The translations under genes were made by a program, and so were the position numbers. DNA of 64,000 nucleotides from the NCBI GenBank assembly GCA_964478135.1, contig CAYZGQ010000001.1, positions 3,365 to 67,364 on the forward strand, given 5' to 3'. Positions 10,044 through 20,188 of the stretch are shown one piece after another. Under the pieces are notes generated by a model. It ran no database searches. It saw nothing but the letters and a program-made list of their open reading frames with translations, and was not told where the DNA came from. The first letter of the stretch is position 1. Each line of letters begins with the position of its first letter. This stretch comes from an uncultured Candidatus Saccharibacteria bacterium. GTDB taxonomy: Bacteria; Patescibacteriota; UBA1384; GWA2-35-9; CAYZGQ01.

Positions 10044-11251
10044 AAACATCAAGGTTACTAATACTTATGATTCGTTTTAAAAGTCCTATTCTCGGGATTA
10101 TGATATTGGCTTTAGGTTGGTTGGGCGGATTTTTGCATGGCCACAGAAATCTTGTCTTTGAGCAATCGATTAAACCAACGATTGTTAACACAACTCTTCG
10201 AGAGCCAGATAAAGTTGATTTTTCACTCTTCTGGGACGCCTATAACGAAATTGCCCGAAAAGCGGTTGTTGAGCTGAATCCCAAACAGGCTCTTTATGGT
10301 TCAATTAGTGGTCTAGTCGGCACTTTAAAAGATCCTTTTTCTGTTTTTTTAAACCCCGATCAGTCCCGCCAATTTATAGATGATCTGGCGGGACAGTTCG
10401 ATGGGATCGGGGCCGAACTAGCCCTTAAGGATAATCAATTGATCGTGGTTGCCCCCCTGGAAGGTTCGCCAGCTCAAAAATCGGGCATCAAGGCCAAAGA
10501 TGTCATTGTCAAGATTGACGGGGTTGAGACTTCAACTCTCTCTTTCGGAGAGGCGATCGGCAAAATTAGAGGAGCAAAACGGAGCGTTGTAAAATTAACG
10601 ATTGCCAGGCAAGGCCAAGAGACCTTAATTGAATCGCCAGTCACCCGTGATACAATTCGGGTTAAGAGTGTTACGTCCCAAACCCGGGATCAAATCCTTG
10701 TGATTAAAGTCAGTCAATTTGGTCAAGACACATTAGGACTGGTTAAGTCATTGGCCAGCCAGGCCAAACGAGATCAGCCAAAAGGTATCGTCCTTGATTT
10801 AAGAAACAACCCAGGCGGTTTTCTGGATTCGGCGATTGATATTTCATCCCTTTTTTTAGATGGAGGAACGGTGGTTTTTGAGCAAGACAAGACTGGTCAA
10901 ACTAAGGAGTTTCAAACCACGCTTGAGCCGATGTTCGATCAACTGCCTATGGTGGTTATCATTAATGCCGGTTCTGCTTCAGCCAGCGAGATTGTCGCAG
11001 GAGCGCTTCAAGATAGGGGACGGTCTAAAATTGTGGGCGAACAATCTTTTGGCAAGGGTTCTGTTCAGGATTTGACCAAGCTTAGAGATGGTTCAACTTT
11101 GCGGATTACAACCGCAAGATGGTTAACACCTAACAAACGTCAGATTAACAGTCAAGGTATTCAACCCGACGAAAAGGTCCAAGATGATTCGGCGACCGAG
11201 GCTGACGAACAGCTTAACCGGGCCATAGAACTTTTATCAGTTAATAACTAA
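10040..11251 (+). CDS. ctpA: S41 carboxyl-terminal processing peptidase with PDZ domain
   Basis: A PDZ segment (IKAKDVIVKIDGV) followed by the S41 catalytic region (LRNNPGG...GSASASEIVAGALQD). N-terminal TM anchor. Confidence 0.8.
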   Translation: MKTSRLLILMIRFKSPILGIMILALGWLGGFLHGHRNLVFEQSIKPTIVNTTLREPDKVDFSLFWDAYNEIARKAVVELNPKQALYGSISGLVGTLKDPFSVFLNPDQSRQFIDDLAGQFDGIGAELALKDNQLIVVAPLEGSPAQKSGIKAKDVIVKIDGVETSTLSFGEAIGKIRGAKRSVVKLTIARQGQETLIESPVTRDTIRVKSVTSQTRDQILVIKVSQFGQDTLGLVKSLASQAKRDQPKGIVLDLRNNPGGFLDSAIDISSLFLDGGTVVFEQDKTGQTKEFQTTLEPMFDQLPMVVIINAGSASASEIVAGALQDRGRSKIVGEQSFGKGSVQDLTKLRDGSTLRITTARWLTPNKRQINSQGIQPDEKVQDDSATEADEQLNRAIELLSVNN

Positions 11252-11257
11252 ACTGAA

Positions 11258-11581
11258 ATGGTAAAACTCGTCTTAAACCAATCGGTGCCGCGTCTAGGTA
11301 ATAGAGGTGATATCGTGACAGTATCCCCAGGTTTCGCTCGCAACTACTTGATTGCCAGAAATATGGCTGTTATGCTAGAAACATCGACCGCTCGGGCGCT
11401 AGTGGCAGAGATTAGATCCAGGGCCCGTATTAACGTCAAGGCAAAAACTACTCAATCAAAACTTGGCCAAGCACCAGCCGGGTCTAAAAGTTCCAAGAGA
11501 ATTGCTAGAAAGATACTCAAATTAAACAAGCAAGAATCAAGAAAATTAGCTGAAAACGTTACAATTAAGGAATCTTTATAA
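11258..11581 (+). CDS. rplI: ribosomal protein bL9, N-terminal domain with divergent or truncated C-terminus
   Basis: MVKLVLNQSVPRLGNRGDIVTVSPGFARNYLIARNMAV matches the L9 N-domain (GDxVxVxxGYARNFL). Length is only 107 aa against about 148 aa for canonical L9. The C-terminal half is Lys/Ser-rich and non-canonical. Confidence 0.5.
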   Translation: MVKLVLNQSVPRLGNRGDIVTVSPGFARNYLIARNMAVMLETSTARALVAEIRSRARINVKAKTTQSKLGQAPAGSKSSKRIARKILKLNKQESRKLAENVTIKESL

Positions 11582-11628
11582 TTTCGATTAATTCGTTTAA
11601 TAAGAGTGAATAAAAAAAAGGAGGAATT

Positions 11629-12576
11629 ATGCCCGAGTTTGATCTTTCCCCGCCACCGCCCCAAGGACAAAATAATCCCAACGCGCCAGGCCAAGGATCA
11701 GTTAGTGATCTTAGAAACGCTCCAGTCTCTCCAGTCGCTGGGACAGCGCCTTTTAAACCTGACGCTGGGGCGATCGGTTCAGTGCCCAGCCATGAGCCAA
11801 ACCCCGGCCAAACGGTTGGTCCTAACCCCAATCAACCTGTGGTTTCGTCGGTTTTGGGTCCACCGGCGCCGGTTCAGCCCGATCAAGCTGGATCGGTCGC
11901 ACCTCCGGATAAGCCTTCTCTAGGTCCAGAACTACCAGCCGCTCAATCAGAATTACCCCCGGTAAAATCAGGGCGATCGGGTATGTGGAAGATTTTTATC
12001 GCCCTGGGCTTGGCGGTAGTGCTGACGGCTATTGTCTACGCTTTTGTTAGTCTACCATCACTGCGCGGCTTAATCGGCCTTGATAGCCCAGACAATCTAG
12101 TGCTAGATGATCAAGATCAAGTCAGCGATCTTGATGATCTGGGTTTTTCCGAGTTCGGGGATGATTTTTCAGACACGAGTCTCAATAACGGTGTGGTTGG
12201 AGATTTATCTCAAGGGAGGGTACCGGTTGGTCAACAAAATAACACTTCCTCGAACCTCGATAACCAGAGAAAGAATGATTTGTCATTGATTCAAAGTTAT
12301 CTCGAGGCTTACTTTACAGACAAGGGCGCCTATCCTGTCGCTGGATCATTTATTAAAACGAGCGATCCTTCTTCGGTTTTGCAGGCCGCGCTGTTACCGA
12401 GCTACGCCAGCCAATTACCAGACGATCCTAACTCGGGCCAAGGATGGTGGTATGGCTACCGTTCAGTTGATGGAGCTTCTTATGAACTGACCGCCCGGCT
12501 CGAAAACGAGATTGATCCGCAAGGGGTTAAAGATATTAGCGGTTTAACGCTTTACAAACTGAATAATCCCCGATAA
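11629..12576 (+). CDS. bitopic membrane protein with Pro-rich cytoplasmic N-terminus and pseudopilin (GspG/type IV pilin)-like C-terminal domain
   Basis: Strong SD (aaggaggaattATG). One TM helix (IFIALGLAVVLTAIVYAF). The C-terminal segment QRKNDLSLIQSYLEAYFTDKGAYP...LPDDPNSGQGWWYGY...YELTARLEN follows the GspG-like pattern (DLxxIxxALxxYxxDNGxYP...PxDPWGxxYxY...YxLxSxGxDG). There is no N-terminal prepilin cleavage motif. Confidence 0.45.
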   Translation: MPEFDLSPPPPQGQNNPNAPGQGSVSDLRNAPVSPVAGTAPFKPDAGAIGSVPSHEPNPGQTVGPNPNQPVVSSVLGPPAPVQPDQAGSVAPPDKPSLGPELPAAQSELPPVKSGRSGMWKIFIALGLAVVLTAIVYAFVSLPSLRGLIGLDSPDNLVLDDQDQVSDLDDLGFSEFGDDFSDTSLNNGVVGDLSQGRVPVGQQNNTSSNLDNQRKNDLSLIQSYLEAYFTDKGAYPVAGSFIKTSDPSSVLQAALLPSYASQLPDDPNSGQGWWYGYRSVDGASYELTARLENEIDPQGVKDISGLTLYKLNNPR

Positions 12577-12643
12577 ATCTGGAACGATCGTTCTTCCTGA
12601 ACCAGTGGTTTAGTGAAACTATTCGTACTATAATTAGACTGTT

Positions 12644-13207
12644 ATGCCACGGAGGGGACTTAATTATCTTCTTTTTAGTTTAGTTGTTGTTTCGGCGATT
12701 TTGATGATCCTTTTTTGGCGCAGGAGTCCCAAACAGCCAGTTGACCGGCTGGCCCAGGAGCAGAAAGCGGCCGTTCTCTTTACCAGCGCCAAGGAGGCCC
12801 AAACATCGAGAGACTTTAAAACCGCGGTTGCCCGCTATCAGGAAGCGATCTCGTTCAACCCGAATGAGCCGGTTTATTTTGAGTCGCTCGGAGTCGCCCA
12901 GTATAACATTAAGGATTACCGGGGGGCGATTGCCAGTTTTGAGCAGGCGCTCAAATTGACGCCCGGGAGCGCCTTTTTATGGAACGGTTTGGCCAACGCC
13001 GCTCGCGACAGCGGCGATCGCCAGAGAGCCTTTGAGAGCTACCGCAAGGCGATCGAGCTTGACCCGGGTTTTTTGGTCGGCTACACCAACTTGGCTTACC
13101 TTTACCGAGACCAAGGCGCGGTTGACCGGGCTAAGGAGGTAATCGCCGAAGGTCTGGCCAAAAATCCCGACTCGGTTGAGTTGAAAGACATTTTAAAAAA
13201 CCTATGA
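12644..13207 (+). CDS. TPR-repeat protein with N-terminal membrane anchor
   Basis: At least four 34-aa TPR-like units (AVARYQEAISFNP..., AIASFEQALKLTP..., AFESYRKAIELDP...). The stop overlaps the start of the next gene (ATGA). Confidence 0.65.
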   Translation: MPRRGLNYLLFSLVVVSAILMILFWRRSPKQPVDRLAQEQKAAVLFTSAKEAQTSRDFKTAVARYQEAISFNPNEPVYFESLGVAQYNIKDYRGAIASFEQALKLTPGSAFLWNGLANAARDSGDRQRAFESYRKAIELDPGFLVGYTNLAYLYRDQGAVDRAKEVIAEGLAKNPDSVELKDILKNL

Positions 13208-16200
13208 AACGTCATTTGATTAAAACTCTCGAACGTTTGCTTCATCTGCGGCGCCGGACGACAGGCAGAGTTCACGCCCATCTGGTTGGTCGATGGGGCT
13301 GGTATCGAATCTGGCACGAATTTCCTTTTCACCGCCAGGTTCATTTAACCTCTCTTATTTTGATAGTTTTTGGCACGCTCGGTTTGGTCTTGACAGCCAC
13401 TCGGCCGGCCTTGGCAACTGACTACACCGTCTCGACCAACTCGACTTGGTGCGACTCGGGCGATCTGCCGGCCTCAATCGGCAATCTGACAATTAATTCC
13501 GGCGTTACCCTGACACTCGGCGGGACATCTGGCAACGCGGTCAACGGCCAGAATACTGGCGGGACCGACGCCTGTTCTTATGAGGCGCCGAGTTCGGGTG
13601 TCAGTTGGACAATGACCGGGACAGGGACCTTGACGGTTAACGGCACAATCAAAGTTCAAAGCGAGATTTCCGGCTCAACTGGCGGCACAGTCAAAATAGA
13701 TTTTGCGACAGTGACAGTTGCTTCAGGAGGTAAAATTCATGCTGACAGCACGGGGTTTCTCTCATGTAACACATCAGGTTGTACTGGAGGCGGAGCAGGT
13801 GGAGGACAGTGGACCTCTGGCTATTACGGTGGCGGTGGGGGGCATGGCGGGAAAGGCGGCACCGGTCATATTACTAATGGAAAAGGAGGTTCGGTAAATG
13901 GTAATTCATTTGCTCCTGTGACACTGGGTTCGGGCGGAGCGGGAGGTTCTCAAGGGGCAGGAGGTGGAGCAGTTTATATTAATTCAAGTGGCACCGTTAC
14001 AGTTACAGGAACGGTATCCGCAAATGGTGAGGTAAGCAATAGCAGTGTTGGCGGAGGGGGATCTGGAGGGAGCATTTACATTACCGCCGCTACTGTTGCC
14101 GGCGCAGGGACTGTTACAACGACTGGGGGGGATGGTGGTAGCGCATCCGCTGGTGCGGGCGGAGGCGGTAGAGTTGATATTCGCTATTCGACAGCCAATA
14201 CCTTTAGCGTTGCCAACGCAACAGCCGCAACTGGTTCTACTGGCGTAGCTGGTGATGCTGGAACAATTATTTTTATTGATTCAACCAACAAGGATGGGTA
14301 TATCTACAAAACTTTTACATTCAGTGCGGCGCAAGGAATAGATACAAACTTAGCGACAACTACTGACGGAATATTTAATTTTCGCGATCTTACTTTAGGC
14401 GACGCTTCCAACACTGCAACTGTGTTAGCAATATCAACCGGAACAAGCCCCAATGGTAAAGGACCAACCCTCAATCTAACTGGAAACTTTACTTTAGCCA
14501 GTGGCTCAACCTTTTCAGCCAATGGCACGGGTTATTCCGGTGGTTCAACAACTGGCGTTGGGCCTGGGGGTGGAACCTGGGCTAGCGGGTTTTACGGTGG
14601 TGGAGGAGGGTATGGCGGAGCTGGCGCCACGGGGAGCTCCAGCTATGGTGTTGGTGGCCCTACTTATGGTTCAGCTTCAGCGCCAATTGATCTTGGTTCT
14701 GAAGGTGGAGGCGATCTAGCATCCTCATCGGGTGATGGCGGCGGCGCTATTAGAATCAATGCTACTTCAGGCACTGTTACTATCAATGGCACGATTTCAG
14801 CCAATGGTTCTGCTGGAGGCAGTAGTGTATCTGCCGGCGGTTCAGGCGGCAGTATCTATATTACAGCAGCGACGACCGCTGGCACTGGTTCAATTACAGC
14901 TAATGGCGGCGCTGGAGGTAGTGGCAGCGCTGGCGGAGGGGGCGGCGGTCGGTTGGGTCTTTATTATGTGACTGCCCAAAATCACACCGGTAGCAGGACG
15001 GCCAGCCTCGGGAGCGGCGGGACTGGCGGCTCGGCCGGCACGGTCACTCTCAAATCAATCCCAGCCGCTCCGACCCTTTCCTCTCCGGCCGACGCCGACG
15101 GGGTTTCAACCACGCCGGCTTTGCAGTTTTCAACCACTAATGCCGGCACGAATGAAAATGTTCAGTACTACATCCAGATTGACGACAATTCTGATTTTTC
15201 CTCGGTCACTCAAACGATTGACCAAACCGCCTCTCAAACCGGTTGGACCGGACAAGATCGGGCTAACGGCACGAGCGCGACCGCCGGATCAAGTTTTTAC
15301 GCCTCCTCGACCAGCGCCACTTTTACGGTCCAGACCGCTCTGACCACCAACACCACCTATTACTGGCGCGTTCGAGCCATTGCCTCGGGTGGATCGAATA
15401 TCTATGGCAGTTACTCGAGTTCTCGTTCGTTCGTGACCAACGACCCGCCCCAAGTCTCGATCACCAACACCCCGAGCCAGGATTCTTCCGGCAACATCGC
15501 GATCAACTACAATATCTGTGATACCAACCACTCGACGCTGACCATGCGGGTCCAGTTTACGACCAACAACTCGATCTACACGACCGTCGCCGCCGGGGCG
15601 CTCTCGGGCACCAACAGCTTTGGGTCGGTCACCGGCGTCTCGAGTAATTGCGCCTCGCCCAGCGCCAAGACAGTCACCTTTGACGTCTCGGCCGATTCTA
15701 ATGTCCCGGCCTCCTACTACTCGGCCGCCTCGGGAAACTGGAAAGTTCGCATCCAAGCCGACGATGGCATCGCCAACGGCCAGATCAACTCGACCGCCTC
15801 GTCCGCCTTTGAGCTGGACAACGTCTCGCCCGCTACCCCGACCCATTCTTCGCCGGCCAACGCCAGCTACACCAACGACACCACCCCGGATTTGACCGGA
15901 TCGGCCTATTCCGACGACACTACTCAAACCAATCTTCGGATTCAGATTGACGATAATTCGGATTTTAGTTCGGTCGCTGTTGACTACACCAAAGGCGCTT
16001 CCGGCGTGACCTTTACGGTCGGTCAGGCGGTCGGTTCGGGGACATACACCGCCGGATCGGCCGGTCAAACTTTAGCCGACGGGACATACTACTTTCGGCT
16101 GCGCTACACCGATTCAAAAGGCAATCTATCGAGTTATTCGACCGGCACCTCGTTTACCGTTGACGCGACTTCGCCGGTCGCGCCTAGCTCGTTCAATATT

Positions 16201-19200
16201 TTTGACACTTCAACCGGCTCTAATAATTCCCATCAGGTTGAATGGAACGCCGCTACCGAGGCAAACTTCAAAAATTATCTTGTCCTGCGTTCAACCGATG
16301 ACGTCAGTTATTCGACGCTCTCAACCATTACCGATTCAACCATCCGCAACTATCGAGACTCCAGCCTTGACTCGGCTACGACTTACTACTATAAGATTCG
16401 GACGACCGACCAGGCTGACACGGCGACCGATACGGCCGCCGTGTCGAACAAACCCGGCGCCCCGACCCTCTCGGCGATTTCTTCCGGCACGCCCGGGACC
16501 AACTCGGCCACCATTACTTGGACTTCAAGCGAAAACGGCAGTTCAGAAGTTCGACTCGGGACCTCAAGCGGCAGTTATGGTCTTGGCGTTCGGGGCAACA
16601 ATGCCGACTCGGCTACCTCCCATTCCCAGTTGGTTTCAAATCTCAATCCCAATACGACCTATTACTACATCGTTAGGTCTCGAGACGGCAGTGGACTGGC
16701 GACCACCTCGGCCGAGAATAGTTTTACCACCGCGGCCAAAGTTTCAGCCAGCTCTCTTGCCTCGAGCGTCAGTCACACGACCGCCACCCTGACTTGGAAC
16801 ACCACTGGCACCAACACCTCGAGTGTTGTTGACTGGGGAACCTCAAGCGGCAGCTACAGCCGATCAGACGGCGACGCCGACGCTTCAGAGACGACCCACT
16901 CGGTTACCTTGAAAGGACTAGCTCCGGGCACGACCTATTACTGGCGGGTCAACTCGACCGATTCAAACCTAAATGCCATTACCTCGACCGAGCAGAACTT
17001 GACCACGACCGCCAGACCGGCGATTTCATCAGTCTCATCCGGCACGCCCGGTCAAACCAGCGCCGCGATCACCTTTTCGACCGACCGGTCGGTCAAGGAT
17101 GTTTTTGTTGATTACATTGCTTCCTCAACAAGCGGCGCCTGCGCCAGTGTCTCGAATGCCAAAACGGTTTCGGGCGGGATCGCCGCCAGCGCCGGCACGT
17201 CCCACAGCGTCTCTTTAACCGGTCTTTCGGCCGGCACGACCCATCGGTTCAGAGTTCGAGTGATCGAGCTTGACGCTTCAGCTGAGAGCGCCAATCAACA
17301 GGTTCAAACGATTGATGACAACTCCGGCGCCTGCTACAGCTTTACCAGCGCGACCGACTCGACCGCTCCGACTATTTCCAATCTCGCTTCCGGCAACATC
17401 ACCAACACCTCGGCGGTTATCACTTGGGAGACCGACGAGCCGGCGACCGGCCTTGTTTCGGTCAGCTCTTCAAGCGGTTTTGGTTTTGCCAGCGGCAGCC
17501 AGACAACCGCCAACCCCTCGGCCAATAATCAGAAACAGACCGCCGTTATTACCGGGTTGACCAGAAACACAACCTACTATTTCTTGGCCCGGTCGGTTGA
17601 CGGTTCAAATAATGCCACGACTGCTCCTGAAGCTTCATTCACGACGACCGGCGACGCGACCGGTCCGGTTATTTCCGGCTTGACCGCAAGCTCGATCACG
17701 ACCGACGGCGCCCTCATAACCTGGACGACCGACGAGCCGGCCACGACTCAAGTCAACTATGGCCAAACGACCAATCTGGGCTCGTCCTCGGCCAAAGATG
17801 AAAAGCTTGATCGCAATCACCGAGTCACGCTATCCGGTCTTTCGGGCGCCACGCTCTATTACTTCCAGGTGGTTTCCCAAGACGCCAACGCTAACGAGAC
17901 CAAGAGCCCTGTTTCCTCGACCACCACCTTGACCACCCAGACCGTGCCGAGTGTCTCGAGCATCTCGCTGGGAGAGATTAGTTCAAAAACAGCGACTGTC
18001 AGCTGGAGCTCCAATCTCGCTGGCGATTCGTTCGTCGATTATGGTCTGACTTCGAGTTATGGTTCGCGTCAAGGTCGAGCTGATGACAGCCAAACCGCAC
18101 ACTCAATCACTCTCTCTGGCTTGAAGTCCTCGACCACTTATTACTTTCGAGTCAGAACAAAAGATTCAAACGGCAACGAAGTCATCTCGTCTGGTTCAAG
18201 CTTTACAACCGAGAGCTCGGAAGACGATGTCTCGTCTGACAAATTGGCCCCGGTCATCAGCGGCAATGAAGCCAGCCTCTCTGGTCTAACCGATACTCGA
18301 GCGACAATCAGCTGGACAACCAACGAGGAGTCAACCTCGAGGGTGGATTATGGTCTTGACCAATCTCTCAATCAGTCCCAAAGCGACGATACTTTTGTGA
18401 CCAAGCATGAATTGAAGTTGACCGGCCTTGAAGCGGGCAAGAAGTATCGTTTTCAAGTCTCGAGTCTCGATCGAAACAAGAACCGCGGCAAAGGGAGCGT
18501 TCAAGAGTTTACGACCGCCAAGTCTTCGGCCATTTCCGACGCTTCGCTCGTCACTCAAGAGCTCGATAAACTGATCCTTTCGGTTCAAACGACCGAGGCG
18601 ACCAAGGTGAGGGCTCTCTTTGGCGCCGGTTTGGACAGACTTGACTCCGAAGTTTCAAGTCTGGGCGCCGAGACCTCGAGCCACGCCTTTGTGATCGAGA
18701 ATCTCACTCCGGGGACGGCCTATTATTTTCAGTTTTCGGTTAAGGACAAGTTTGGTCAGGAAACGACCACACCGAGTTTTTGGAAGTTTGAAACTCGAGC
18801 CTTGCCGAAAATTACGGCCGTTAATGTAACCGACCAACAGGCGACCCAGGCGGTCTTGTTGGTTTCAGTCAACACTAAAGCCCAAGTGATCGCGGCTTAC
18901 ACCGATCTTAATAGCAAAAGCCGGAGCGTTGGCTCTGGAGCGCTGGCCGAAAAGCACGAAATTAGGCTGGACGGTCTGAAACCAGAAGCAACCATTCCAG
19001 TTGCCTTGACCGCGATTGACGCATCTGGCAATCAGGCCGTTTTTCAAACCAATGTTTCGACCACCGGCGATCGGTCCGCGCCCGAATTTCAAAAAATCGA
19101 GACCGAGATTATCGGCGGGAGCGGCAACAAAGGGGCGACGATCATCGTCTCGGCGGTGCTTAGCGAGCTGGCGACACTTAATGGTCAGGCCGGTCTGGCC

Positions 19201-19461
19201 GCCAGCAATCAGACGCCGATAACCACGCCCAAAAACGCCGCCGCTAAGGAACAGACATTGGTTTTTCGGAATCTGCCTTCTGGTCAGTTTGTTAAGTTTA
19301 AGCTGATAGCCGAAGATCCGGCAGGCAATGTCACAGAGTCGCCCGACATCACCACCTTTACCCCGGAGCCGAGTAAAAGCGCTCTGACCCTTATCACGAC
19401 TCAACTTGAAACTATCTTCGGCGGTCTGGGAAAAGGCCTTCAGTCTTTATTTGGCAAGTAA
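13204..19461 (+). CDS. giant (2085 aa) surface protein: N-terminal anchor/signal, duplicated Gly-rich beta-rich module, array of FN3-like domains
   Basis: N-terminal basic stretch plus a hydrophobic helix. Two copies of a roughly 150-aa Gly-rich module (GGGxGGxGG...GGSGGSIYITAATxAG). At least 10 repeats ending in the FN3 signature (WxT...TTYYWRV, TTYYYKIR, TTYYYIVRS, TTYYFRVRTKD, TAYYFQFSVKD). Confidence 0.8.
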   Translation: MKRHLIKTLERLLHLRRRTTGRVHAHLVGRWGWYRIWHEFPFHRQVHLTSLILIVFGTLGLVLTATRPALATDYTVSTNSTWCDSGDLPASIGNLTINSGVTLTLGGTSGNAVNGQNTGGTDACSYEAPSSGVSWTMTGTGTLTVNGTIKVQSEISGSTGGTVKIDFATVTVASGGKIHADSTGFLSCNTSGCTGGGAGGGQWTSGYYGGGGGHGGKGGTGHITNGKGGSVNGNSFAPVTLGSGGAGGSQGAGGGAVYINSSGTVTVTGTVSANGEVSNSSVGGGGSGGSIYITAATVAGAGTVTTTGGDGGSASAGAGGGGRVDIRYSTANTFSVANATAATGSTGVAGDAGTIIFIDSTNKDGYIYKTFTFSAAQGIDTNLATTTDGIFNFRDLTLGDASNTATVLAISTGTSPNGKGPTLNLTGNFTLASGSTFSANGTGYSGGSTTGVGPGGGTWASGFYGGGGGYGGAGATGSSSYGVGGPTYGSASAPIDLGSEGGGDLASSSGDGGGAIRINATSGTVTINGTISANGSAGGSSVSAGGSGGSIYITAATTAGTGSITANGGAGGSGSAGGGGGGRLGLYYVTAQNHTGSRTASLGSGGTGGSAGTVTLKSIPAAPTLSSPADADGVSTTPALQFSTTNAGTNENVQYYIQIDDNSDFSSVTQTIDQTASQTGWTGQDRANGTSATAGSSFYASSTSATFTVQTALTTNTTYYWRVRAIASGGSNIYGSYSSSRSFVTNDPPQVSITNTPSQDSSGNIAINYNICDTNHSTLTMRVQFTTNNSIYTTVAAGALSGTNSFGSVTGVSSNCASPSAKTVTFDVSADSNVPASYYSAASGNWKVRIQADDGIANGQINSTASSAFELDNVSPATPTHSSPANASYTNDTTPDLTGSAYSDDTTQTNLRIQIDDNSDFSSVAVDYTKGASGVTFTVGQAVGSGTYTAGSAGQTLADGTYYFRLRYTDSKGNLSSYSTGTSFTVDATSPVAPSSFNIFDTSTGSNNSHQVEWNAATEANFKNYLVLRSTDDVSYSTLSTITDSTIRNYRDSSLDSATTYYYKIRTTDQADTATDTAAVSNKPGAPTLSAISSGTPGTNSATITWTSSENGSSEVRLGTSSGSYGLGVRGNNADSATSHSQLVSNLNPNTTYYYIVRSRDGSGLATTSAENSFTTAAKVSASSLASSVSHTTATLTWNTTGTNTSSVVDWGTSSGSYSRSDGDADASETTHSVTLKGLAPGTTYYWRVNSTDSNLNAITSTEQNLTTTARPAISSVSSGTPGQTSAAITFSTDRSVKDVFVDYIASSTSGACASVSNAKTVSGGIAASAGTSHSVSLTGLSAGTTHRFRVRVIELDASAESANQQVQTIDDNSGACYSFTSATDSTAPTISNLASGNITNTSAVITWETDEPATGLVSVSSSSGFGFASGSQTTANPSANNQKQTAVITGLTRNTTYYFLARSVDGSNNATTAPEASFTTTGDATGPVISGLTASSITTDGALITWTTDEPATTQVNYGQTTNLGSSSAKDEKLDRNHRVTLSGLSGATLYYFQVVSQDANANETKSPVSSTTTLTTQTVPSVSSISLGEISSKTATVSWSSNLAGDSFVDYGLTSSYGSRQGRADDSQTAHSITLSGLKSSTTYYFRVRTKDSNGNEVISSGSSFTTESSEDDVSSDKLAPVISGNEASLSGLTDTRATISWTTNEESTSRVDYGLDQSLNQSQSDDTFVTKHELKLTGLEAGKKYRFQVSSLDRNKNRGKGSVQEFTTAKSSAISDASLVTQELDKLILSVQTTEATKVRALFGAGLDRLDSEVSSLGAETSSHAFVIENLTPGTAYYFQFSVKDKFGQETTTPSFWKFETRALPKITAVNVTDQQATQAVLLVSVNTKAQVIAAYTDLNSKSRSVGSGALAEKHEIRLDGLKPEATIPVALTAIDASGNQAVFQTNVSTTGDRSAPEFQKIETEIIGGSGNKGATIIVSAVLSELATLNGQAGLAASNQTPITTPKNAAAKEQTLVFRNLPSGQFVKFKLIAEDPAGNVTESPDITTFTPEPSKSALTLITTQLETIFGGLGKGLQSLFGK

Positions 19462-19483
19462 GTCCTTAAATTAAAGACAAGCG

Positions 19484-20188
19484 ATGCCAGCCAGCAACGT
19501 AATTGAACTTAGATCGGTCACGAAAATCTTTGACAAGGGCAAGCCGAACGAGTTCTATGCCCTCCGAGATGTCAGTCTCGAAGTCAAGGCCGGAGAATAC
19601 TTAATTCTTTTTGGGCCGTCCGGTTCGGGCAAATCAACCCTTTTGAACATTGTGGCCGGTCTTGATCCCTACGAGAAAGGCGAGGTCTTGATCCGAGGCG
19701 AGCGGCTCTCGAAAAAAAGTCAGAACGAGCTGGCTCGCCACCGGCGGGAAAAGGTCGGTATGGTCTTTCAGCAGTTTAACCTTTTGAAAGGGATGTCTGT
19801 TCTTGACAATGTTGCTTTGCCCGATTTGTTTGCCGGTAAATCTTACAAGGTCCGGCGCAATCGGGCCAAAGAACTCTTGAGTCGGTTGGGGTTGAGTAAA
19901 ATGGCTTATCGCAAGCCCAACGAACTCTCGGGCGGACAACAGCAGAAAGTCGCGATCGCCCGGGCCCTGATTCACAACCCTTGGATTTTGCTGGTTGACG
20001 AGCCGACCGGCAATCTGGACTCCAAGTCGGCCGAAGAGGTGATGAATCTACTCAAAGACCTTAACCAGAAGGGCAAGCGGACGATCATGCTGATTACTCA
20101 TAATCCGGATTATCTTGACTATTCCAATCGGGTGGTTTACATGCGCGATGGGAAAATCGAGCGAGAAAAGAGGTCAAGATCACGATGA
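19484..20188 (+). CDS. ABC transporter ATP-binding protein (MacB/LolD/FtsE-like)
   Basis: Walker [10 protein letters not shown], signature [15 protein letters not shown], Walker [13 protein letters not shown]-loop ITHN. Confidence 0.88.
   Translation: MPASNVIELRSVTKIFDKGKPNEFYALRDVSLEVKAGEYLILFGPSGSGKSTLLNIVAGLDPYEKGEVLIRGERLSKKSQNELARHRREKVGMVFQQFNLLKGMSVLDNVALPDLFAGKSYKVRRNRAKELLSRLGLSKMAYRKPNELSGGQQQKVAIARALIHNPWILLVDEPTGNLDSKSAEEVMNLLKDLNQKGKRTIMLITHNPDYLDYSNRVVYMRDGKIEREKRSRSR

Noticed and set aside
11565-11923. Overlapping 88-aa (minus) and 105-aa (plus) ORFs at the start of the pseudopilin-like gene
   Set aside because: Both are alternative frames of the Pro-rich region. The 11629 frame has a strong SD and a continuous 315-aa product.
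15289-16068. 259-aa minus-strand ORF rich in G, R and V
   Set aside because: It lies antisense within the GC-rich, repeat-encoding part of the 2085-aa gene. It is low-complexity with no start context, which is typical of an antisense artefact.
16160-16792. 210-aa plus-strand ORF, Pro/Arg/Thr-rich
   Set aside because: An alternative frame inside the giant FN3 gene. The FN3 frame has clear domain signatures and this frame has none.
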